Origin: Alloascoidea hylecoeti
Lineage: Eukaryota
Direction of reading: 5' to 3'
Assembly (NCBI GenBank): GCA_001600815.1
Contig: BCKZ01000046.1
Location: forward strand, 1-54,711
DNA length: 54,711 nt
Shown here: piece by piece, positions 46,203 to 54,711 of the stretch
Layout of the letters: every line of letters begins with the position of its first letter
Position numbering within the stretch: the stretch's first letter is position 1
The notes under the pieces: model-generated
Databases searched by the model: none
Seen by the model: the letters and a program-made list of their open reading frames with translations, nothing else
Told to the model about the DNA's origin: nothing
Made by a program: the position numbers and the translations under genes

Positions 46203-49200
46203 TCAAGGTTCAACATTATACCTCATTCTAATACCCATTGCATTTAATTCAGAATCCAAATATTTTAATACATAAGGTATAGCAACAGTACCAGTTTTAT
46301 CACCACCAACAAATCTATTTCCATTACCATCTTCCCAAATATCAGATTGATCATATTTAATACCAACATTTGAATCATATGATAATTTAGTAGCACATCT
46401 TCTACATCTTATTTGAGATTTTGCTCCAATTCTTGGTACAGAAGTTTGAGTTGTTAATAATGAGCCACATTCTTGACAAATACTTGTTTGCGTATAATCA
46501 CTACAATTTAATAAACGATCTTTTAATAAAAATGCAGCACCATGGCCAATTAAAGCATCTCTTTCCATTTCTCCTACACGAATACCACCTGATCGTTTAC
46601 GACCTTTAACAGGCTGCATTGTTAAAGAATTAACTGGGCCAGTAGATCTAACTTGGAATTTATCATTAACCATATGTCTTAATCTTTGATAAAATACAAC
46701 ACCGATATAAATATCAACTCTTAACTCATTACCTGTAGTACCAGAATACATTGGTTCATTTCCATGATAATTATAACCAGCTTTTAATAATTGTTCACCA
46801 AAATAATCAGCAGGAGTATCATCTTCTGAAAATTTCCAAGGTGTTGCATCTTGAGCAATTCCATGAAGAGCACCAGCTTTACCAGCTAAAGATTCAACAA
46901 ACATACCAATTGTCATACGTGAAGGAAAAGCATGTGGATTAATTATAATATCAGGTTGAATACCAGATTCACTAAAAGGCATATCAACAGTTGGCCATTT
47001 TTGTGAACAAACACCTTTTTGTCCATGTCTTGATGAAAATTTATCACCAATAATTGGACTTCTTGTAACTCTATATTTAATTGTTAATTTTTGAAATTCT
47101 TGATCACCACCTTTATCTTCACCTAATAATTTAACTTCTTCAATATAAGCAACTTCACTTGATTTATAAAATTTCGCCTTTGTTTTACCAATAGTATCAT
47201 CATAATATGCACAAATTGCTGAACCATCTTCAATTCTTGTTCCAATTAATGGTAATCCATCATTATCAAGTGTTTTTTTCCAACTTTCTGGCCAAATATC
47301 ATGACCAAATCCAAAATGTTGAGTTATTGGATCACCTCTTTTTCTACCTTCTGCTAAATCAATTTTTTCAACTTTATAAATTGTACCATAACCAAAACCA
47401 CGTTCATGAGCTGATTTATTTATAATCATTGCATCATCCATATCATAACCAGTATAAGAAATTACTGCAACAACTGCATTCATACCATTTGGAAATTGAT
47501 CAAATCCATAATCATCATAAACTTTTGCTCGAACAATTGGTGATTGACCTGTTTGTAATCTATATATTTTATTATCTGATCTATGAATTAGAGCAGTACC
47601 TGGTGTACCCATTGCTTGTTTACCCATTTGACATTGATACATATTTCTAGGAGATTGATTAAAATCCGAAAATGGAGTTAAATTTGCTAAAATTGATAAC
47701 ATATCTGTTGGTGAATATTCGACATGAGTATGAACATTTGATTGAATTTCATCTGATGTAACTGCAATATTTAAATAAACTTGTTCAAATGGTCCAACAA
47801 TATCGGGTTTATCTAATGGTAAATATCTTGTTGCTCTAATCATTCTAGATCTTCCGGCAAATAAAAATAATCCGGGGTATTGACCTCTATTTGAAGGTGG
47901 TACATAACCAATTTCAAGATCTAGTGGAATTTTATGTTCTCCTTCAACTTTCCAATATCTTAATGTATCAGAAACGATTTTTGCTTGTTCATGAGAACAC
48001 CATCCAATGATTTTACCATCTAATTGGACGCATGATACTGTTGGACCTGCAGCTACTGTATATGCTGGTTTAACACCAAGTTCTCTCAATATTAATGATA
48101 TACCACTTGTATCTGAATCAATTGTTGTGATTTTACATTTATGAGCTAAATGATTTAATAAACCACATGGTGATCCATCAGGAGTATGAACAGGACATAA
48201 AAAGCCCCAACTTTCAGGTAATAATTTTCTAACATCAGTTGTTTTTAAAGTTGAAAAAAAAGAACCTCTATGAATCATTCTAAAATGTGCTAAAAATCGA
48301 TGAAAATTAATTTTTTCTGCAACCACTGTATAACCACTAACTTGTTGTAAATCTAAACCAGATCTTGAAATTAAATTTCCTGTAGCTAAAAAATATTGTA
48401 ATTTAGTACCAATATCATCTTTTGCATTAAGGAAAACTTTATTAATATAACTTTGTTCTTTAAACATTACTGATTTATTATGATCTAAATTTCTTTTAAT
48501 TTCTGAAATAAAACCATTTAAATAATCTTCAATTTTTTCTTTTATAATCATACCATATAAAAAACCACCTAATAAAACTTCTTGATGTTGACAAGAATCT
48601 GGATTATCTGGTGAACATTCACCAGCAACTAAAGAATATAATTTTCTAATCATAAATAATAACATTTTAAATTTATCTTCATTTTCAGGTAAATGAACCA
48701 ATACAACTCGTCTTAAAAGTTCTTTACCAACTTCTATATCAGAAACATTTTCAGGCACATTTAATGCACTTCTAAATTTATCACCTAAATAATTTAATGC
48801 TTCTTTTTGTGAATGAAGATTATATTTTTTAGAACCACGTAATAATAATTCTAAACGATCAGTTAAAAAAGAATTGTGAGTTTCATGGCCAATAATTCCA
48901 TCGAATATTTCTTTATCATTAGTTTCTTTTAAAGCTTTTAAAATCATTGAAACAGGTATTAAATATTCTCTTTTTAACCATGAAAATCTAAAAGTAATAC
49001 TTCCATCATTTAAATAATGTAAAACATTTGTTTGTGATGTTTGATCAGGTCTAACACATCTAATTTGAATACCAAATTTTGAATAACTTGAACCTCTATT
49101 AATAAAACTTGATCTTATAATTGCCATTGGATGGTTTCTTCTTTGAACAATTAACATTCTAATAATTTTATCAATTCCATTAACAATAAAATAACCACCA

Positions 49201-49709
49201 AATTCTTCAGATTCTTCCCTTTTTAAAACTAAATCTGCTGGTGATAAATTTTGTAAATGACATTTCTTTGATCGAAGCATAATTGGTAATTGACCAAGAT
49301 CTTTATATTGTGATTGTTCTGGTCCATCATTTATTGACCAACAAACTTTTAAAACTAATCGTCCTTTATATGTAACCATTCTTTCACGACATTCAGCAGG
49401 ATAAATTTTTTGATCTTTACTAATTTTATCATCCATATTAACAACTGCTTTTGCAAGATCAACACTTTCAACTCTAATTGAAAGTTTGTTTCCTAATCGA
49501 TTTGGATCTTTTGAATCATAAACTACTTTACTTCCAATATCTTTAACTGCTAAATTTAACAAACCTTCATCATGTTCAGAATCAAATAATGCATTAAAAG
49601 AATCAATATGTGGTCGTACTGCTTCTTCTAATAAAGGATATGGATTTTTAGTCTTTGATGGATGACGGAAATGTTTTTCTCTTTCCAGAGTATGAAATGA
49701 AGCAACCAT
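46203..49709 (-). CDS. RPA135: RNA polymerase I second-largest subunit
   Basis: GGYFIVNG, IRCVRPDQTSQTNVLHYL, LLPESWGFLCPVHTPDG, GDKFSSRHGQKG, GEMERDAL. Confidence 0.98.
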   Translation of the reverse strand: MVASFHTLEREKHFRHPSKTKNPYPLLEEAVRPHIDSFNALFDSEHDEGLLNLAVKDIGSKVVYDSKDPNRLGNKLSIRVESVDLAKAVVNMDDKISKDQKIYPAECRERMVTYKGRLVLKVCWSINDGPEQSQYKDLGQLPIMLRSKKCHLQNLSPADLVLKREESEEFGGYFIVNGIDKIIRMLIVQRRNHPMAIIRSSFINRGSSYSKFGIQIRCVRPDQTSQTNVLHYLNDGSITFRFSWLKREYLIPVSMILKALKETNDKEIFDGIIGHETHNSFLTDRLELLLRGSKKYNLHSQKEALNYLGDKFRSALNVPENVSDIEVGKELLRRVVLVHLPENEDKFKMLLFMIRKLYSLVAGECSPDNPDSCQHQEVLLGGFLYGMIIKEKIEDYLNGFISEIKRNLDHNKSVMFKEQSYINKVFLNAKDDIGTKLQYFLATGNLISRSGLDLQQVSGYTVVAEKINFHRFLAHFRMIHRGSFFSTLKTTDVRKLLPESWGFLCPVHTPDGSPCGLLNHLAHKCKITTIDSDTSGISLILRELGVKPAYTVAAGPTVSCVQLDGKIIGWCSHEQAKIVSDTLRYWKVEGEHKIPLDLEIGYVPPSNRGQYPGLFLFAGRSRMIRATRYLPLDKPDIVGPFEQVYLNIAVTSDEIQSNVHTHVEYSPTDMLSILANLTPFSDFNQSPRNMYQCQMGKQAMGTPGTALIHRSDNKIYRLQTGQSPIVRAKVYDDYGFDQFPNGMNAVVAVISYTGYDMDDAMIINKSAHERGFGYGTIYKVEKIDLAEGRKRGDPITQHFGFGHDIWPESWKKTLDNDGLPLIGTRIEDGSAICAYYDDTIGKTKAKFYKSSEVAYIEEVKLLGEDKGGDQEFQKLTIKYRVTRSPIIGDKFSSRHGQKGVCSQKWPTVDMPFSESGIQPDIIINPHAFPSRMTIGMFVESLAGKAGALHGIAQDATPWKFSEDDTPADYFGEQLLKAGYNYHGNEPMYSGTTGNELRVDIYIGVVFYQRLRHMVNDKFQVRSTGPVNSLTMQPVKGRKRSGGIRVGEMERDALIGHGAAFLLKDRLLNCSDYTQTSICQECGSLLTTQTSVPRIGAKSQIRCRRCATKLSYDSNVGIKYDQSDIWEDGNGNRFVGGDKTGTVAIPYVLKYLDSELNAMGIRMRYNVEP

Positions 49710-49749
49710 TTTTGGTGTTAAAAAAATTCGTTATCTGAAGATTCTTTTA

Positions 49750-49825
49750 AGAGATGAGAAAAAAATTTATCAATACTAACAAAAAAAAAATTTAAAAATT
49801 TTGAAAAATTGATGAGTTACCCGGA
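49750..49825. promoter_or_regulatory. Ribosome-biogenesis-type promoter elements (PAC-like, RRPE-like, Reb1-like) upstream of RPA135
   Basis: GATGAG at ~49753 and ~49811, AAAAATTTT/TGAAAAATT at ~49794-49810, TTACCCGG at 49817-49824. Confidence 0.65.
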
Positions 49826-50093
49826 CTGTCTAATGAAATAATAATATATATGATTTTAATAAAATGATGAAAAGTATCATACTTATTATATATATTATCA
49901 TAATGCTAAGTAAACTACGCTTATTTACACTCAAATACTCCAAACTCAAAATCTTTTAAGATCAATTGATATTATTATGTGAATATTTTAGCTCGGATTT
50001 GCTTTCAAATGACATTTGGGTCTTTGGGTGTTTAATTTGTATTACAAACCTCTTTCCATCACAGTGACAATTATATTCATTGGCCTTAATATC

Positions 50094-50863
50094 ATGAATT
50101 TATCAACGTCAACTGTTCCTCAACAACGTCGTCGAAGAACTCAAGGTTTAGTTGAAGAAGAGGATGCAGCATCTTTAAAATTAGGTCCCGAATTTGATGT
50201 AAAACAAATTGATCATGATGGTGCTGTTGGTCCATTAATTGCATTAAATTTATCAGAAGCTAGAATTTTAATAAAAGAAGCTCTAAAGAGAAGGAAGAAA
50301 GAATTAAATGGTGAAGATGTTAATGAGAATGATGATGAAGTTGGAAATGATGATGATGCTGATTTATTAGGACCTGGAACTAATGAGTAAGTTAAAAAGA
50401 ATCATCATTATCATAAATGCAATTGTTATGTTTATTTAATTAACTTTGATGTTGTTTTATAATTATAGAGTTATTCGAAAAACTGTGGAATATCTCAATA
50501 TTTTTGCACGATTTAAAGATCCAGAAACGATTAGTGCTGTTGATCAATTATTAAAATCAAGAGAAGCATCTGATTTACATCCATTTGAAATAGCACAACT
50601 TGGTAAGTTCTTTTTTTATATTGAAAATGTTTTAACAACATTAATCTAATTGATTGATTAATTGATTTAGGTTCTTTGGCTTGTGATGAGGCCGATGAGG
50701 CAAAAACATTGATTTCAAGTCTTGCTGGTAAGAAATCAGACGAGGAATTACAAGTTATTTTAAACCAAGTATGTATTTTTCAAATCATGGTAAATTTCAC
50801 TGCTTTTTCACTAACATTATAATTTAATTTATCTAGTTACGAAGATTGGAAGCACCTTTATAG
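50094..50863 (+). CDS. RPB4: RNA polymerase II subunit Rpb4; 4 exons (50094-50386, 50469-50602, 50671-50768, 50837-50863)
   Basis: [57 protein letters not shown]. Confidence 0.96.
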
Positions 50864-51048
50864 GTTATTCCACGATTATTTTTATAATTAATTATCTGTA
50901 TTATTAAAAATGAAATTACAAGAGACTTATATATATAAGCTCACAATTTTACATCCCCTAAATTAAAAAAGTAAGAGGTTTTAAATAAATTATTAAGTTA
51001 TGATTTATACATATCTAAATAAATGAATCTACATGTATTTCATTTAAT

Positions 51049-52463
51049 TCATTCTAAAAATCGTTTATTTCCCATTCTCCACCATCGTGGTAAACATGAA
51101 TCCCTAAACGTATCAAAATTTTGACGCTTTGGACATACACATCTCTTATTTACATATTCTTCAACATCAGTTGGACATCTTTGAAAAGGATGATGATAAT
51201 ATCCTATATCATTAAAATGATGAATTTTAGATTTTGGTAACATTAATGAAAGTGCAATGGTGTGAACTGGTGCATCCCCCCATCGCTATAAAATATCCAA
51301 TTAATTAGTAAATTCCAATTTCAACTTTCAATATATAAACATACCTCATAATAAAAACCACCTTTTGATTCTAAATATTCAAAATATTTAATATATCCTT
51401 CAGATCTAAAAAAATTTAAATTTGCTATTTCAAAATTACTCCAAAAATGACATAAATTATAAGAATTTGATGAAATTGGTATTATATTTTTATCCAATAT
51501 TTTTTTATCAATTAAAAATTCAAATGAATTATCTGATACTTTATAATTTGGATTTAAATTAAAAAAATTAATTGAATCATTCCATAAAGATGGTATTGTT
51601 TTTTCATCTTCGTATAATGTTATTACAAATCCATATATTTTATTTGTTTCTCTTAAATAAGTAAATGGATCACTATATTATCATTAGTATCATTAAATTA
51701 AATTTTGAATAATAAATATAGATTTGTGTACTTACTATTGAAAATCACAATAAAATTCAACACTTGGTTCAACTCTAAAATAATAGTCATATTTCATCAT
51801 TATCTCTTCTCTGAAAAACCAGCCAGAATTAAAACGACACATATTACGATATGATAAACTATTACCATACATAACTTCATTTTCAACCATTTCATTCATT
51901 GATTTAATCATTTTTGTTTCGTTTATCCAATTTGGTTTTGACCAATGCGATTCTGGAATTAATCCATATTCTGTTTTTCCAGATGCCATATTTGTTGTGT
52001 AGGTTATAAACTACAAGGATCATTATGGTTAGGTATTTAAAATCAAAGTGAAAAAAACAGAAGTTTAAATGTATACTTCATCAGTAAATGGTTCATCATT
52101 TAAAAAAGTCCATGGATATCGATACTCTCTATTAAATCGATCTTCTAATTGTCTCATGGTTGCCAATGCATCATTTAATTCCCTATTCCGTACTAACATG
52201 ACAATTGTTGCATTCTCAATACCTAGTTGGGTACGATGCGTGTATTCAATAGATTTATAGTCTGATATATTCAAGATTTCTTGATGATTTTGACTATCAA
52301 ATGTATTAACATTCAATTTTGCGTTTAGTTGTAATTGTGAAATAAGTATCGATGAGAGTATCAGAATTAACATAGAAATATTCCGACGTCGACTTTTTTT
52401 TGTGTCAAAGTTTATGACTTCATTAGTATCAATATTGAAAATATTTAATATGTTTGCGGGCAT
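51049..52463 (-). CDS. GT15 KRE2/KTR family alpha-1,2-mannosyltransferase; 4 exons (52463-52077, 52010-51736, 51672-51345, 51285-51049)
   Basis: ENATIVMLVRNREL, YPWTFLNDEPFT, SYRNMCRFNSG, YFRVEP, CHFWSNFEIA, YYERWGDAPVH and an N-terminal TM segment. Start codon uncertain, as upstream in-frame ATGs exist. Confidence 0.9.
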
Positions 52464-53159
52464 CGAGTTCCAACTCCTGAAAAGACAGCCATAGCTAATA
52501 GCCGTACTCTTAAGTTTATAAAAATATCTATTAAAATATATGTTAATTTTTTCTTTCATTAGGCCCGAACTCCACATTAATATGTTTGGTGCCACAGCTG
52601 AAGAGCTCCCAGGAATACTTGGCAAATAAAAAAGGAAGGAAGAGGTGAGGATCGAAAAATATTACTATAATTAAAGTTTATCGGCCCTAATAGTTAACCC
52701 ATAACATTATACGACAATACTATTAAATTATCTGTAGGTAGGAGAAAAAAATGCGACGCAGAAAACTTATTTTATTTTTAATCAGAAAACCACTGACCAC
52801 TAATCACGATGCTGAACAACATCATCAAATGAAACTATCTATAGCAAGACTCTAAGTATAATAATCCTGGGCTCATTTCAACATCAACACAAAAAAGATA
52901 CCTTTATTCAAGGTGGGAGAAGGCTAGGCGCGGATACGCTATTTATAGATCGCTTTATTTATTATCATGATTAATAATGTAGATGTTAGTTAAACCTTAC
53001 GGATCTCTAAAAAAATCTCAATAACAGTGAATGAACATTGCTCGAGTAATCAATAGTTTTCAGTCTTTTTAGATAGATATGAGAAAATTGTATCTAAGGT
53101 GCTTCAGGATCTCGATTCCTGTAGATTCTTTGCAACGAAAAGCTGGTTGAAAGGGTTAA

Positions 53160-53770
53160 CATTAATTATGTTACAAATATACTGTCAATACGAATCATGC
53201 ATTTACAATGCAGATGAGACCAGTTGTATTTTTGAAAAGTTGGGAAGCCCGTGTCCAAGAAGGTGTTGGTTCTAGTGGAATTTCGGTCCATTCCCCCATG
53301 AATATTTTTAAAATCAAATAACATCTGCAGTTCATAGTCTAATTTATAGAGAATAGTAGAGGAAACCATGGTTTGTTCCCTACCCACAAAGTGGTTCTAT
53401 TAGTACCTATCTGATTATTCGGAAACTGATTCTCAAAGAAAGAGATGAAAGAACTTCTTAAATGATCATCGATCGCATAAAAATATATCAATATTTGTAT
53501 ATCCTTCTAGAGATATCACAAGTTCTTTATTTCTTGCTTCTCTCTCTTAAAAAGATATTTACATGAAGCAAGTATTATTCAAGAGGGTCCAAATCATACA
53601 GATTTCAAAAGGATGATTTTCATGGTACAAGCTTATAGAAGAGCAAGAAATTACCCTTAAATAAAAAACACATAAGGTTTTGGATATACCACTACAGTTG
53701 TCAGCTCTCAGTAACCAGCTACAAGAGATTTTGCGGCCCATGAAAAAAATATTACCTTTAATCACAGTGC
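53160..53770 (-). mobile_element. Possible non-LTR retrotransposon (APE-type endonuclease) remnant
   Basis: PTFQKYNW...IRIDSIFVT resembles the T(F/Y)...RIDYIF motif of EEP/APE endonucleases; upstream IFMGEW resembles IxGDFN. Decayed, no clear SDH. Confidence 0.3.
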
Positions 53771-53830
53771 GTGATGTTAGCTGGAGTCTCTATGATACTA
53801 ATGCCAGAAGACGAAGGATATTTATAAATC

Positions 53831-53965
53831 TTAAGTTTCTGATCTTGAACGGGATATTGACCTTGATGCTTTAGATTTGATTGGAGTAATGGATCATGAT
53901 CTTGAATCACGTCTTAATGGAGTTCTAGATCTCGATCTTGATCGCGATGGGGATACCTTCTCCTT
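53831..53965 (-). pseudogene. RS-domain gene fragment
   Basis: EKVSPSRSRSRSRTPLRRDSRS*SITPIKSKASRSISRSRSET* with one internal TGA. Confidence 0.55.
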
Positions 53966-54711
53966 TTGTGATTAGAATTTAAACTCAATTTAGTTAATGT
54001 AAGTTGATACAAAATTGTTTTCATGCAAGCATATAATCAAATCCGTAATTACTTTACTACTGGATGAAGTATAAATATCCAACAAATGTAATCAGTTACA
54101 TAAGATGTACTCACATTGCTATGATCATTATCATATCCCACGAAATATTTACATTAGTGTAGCAAGTGACCTATAATTTTAGTCAGCATGGCTGAACTGT
54201 TCATTAAATGGTCTAATAATTAGTCTATCAATTGGGTGATATTTATTCATCTTTGTTAGTGAACGTTAGTATATTTTGTAGCCGAGTATTTAGTTAAACA
54301 TATTGACGATTATATTGCTTAAGATGTGGTCGAATATTATGTGTATCTCACTGCCAGCAAATTTTCGGGCCGAAGCTCCCGAACAGTGATGTTCGAATAT
54401 TAGTGCCCGCGTGGTCTAATATTTAGAACTCCATTTGGCTTAAATAAAGTGGAATCAAGGTATACGGTACCGGTGATATCCAATTAAATCTACGAAAGGT
54501 AGTTATTTCTAGATATTTCCATCTAAATATTATTATTTACCGTTATAATAAATAAAATTAATTATATTAAATTATTTGAAACTTTGATGCTCTCCATCTG
54601 TGAACCTAATTGTTCCATCGTATTTTTCCACTCCGTCTTAATTTCTTTTACCAACTTTTCATCTTGTAACAAATCTAAAGCAGTTAACGCTAAACCAACA
54701 CCTGTTCGAAT

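Noticed and set aside
46421..47650. Short plus-strand ORFs inside RPA135 (likewise inside TPO4, IPI3, DPH6, ZRT3, GH81)
   Set aside because: Antisense shadows of well-supported genes.
54364..54383. GC-rich hairpin TTCGGG...CCCGAA as a possible Helitron 3' end
   Set aside because: The stem is short and the expected CTRR-T junction is not met.

Overview
AT-rich eukaryotic window, inferred to be from an intron-containing budding yeast (Saccharomycotina) from gene content and GTATGT/GTAAGT...TACTAAC...YAG introns. It holds about 18 intact genes: TPO4-like MFS transporter, GIM4, INP51, ADD66/PAC2, a Ser/Thr-rich single-pass membrane protein, IPI3, RPL6, DPH6, APN1, ZRT3, CDC11, a GH81 glucanase, NHP10, RMD1, ECM15, RPA135, RPB4 and a KRE2/KTR mannosyltransferase. 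Several are multi-exon and are missed or fragmented by the ORF track. The intergenic spaces contain much decayed coding DNA: a pyruvate kinase pseudogene, an F-box/WD40 pseudogene, a second F-box family in three copies (two inverted around a 515-N gap), copia/pogo/hAT/LINE-like remnants, a diverged ~555-bp tandem array and a ~720-bp direct-repeat pair. The most notable candidate is a frameshifted ORF at ~45543-46075. Once small tandem duplications are removed, it shows the motif order of a bunyavirus-type (phlebo/tenui/cogu-like) nucleocapsid, so it may be an endogenized negative-strand RNA virus gene. All family assignments come from by-eye translation and motif recall; no searches were run.
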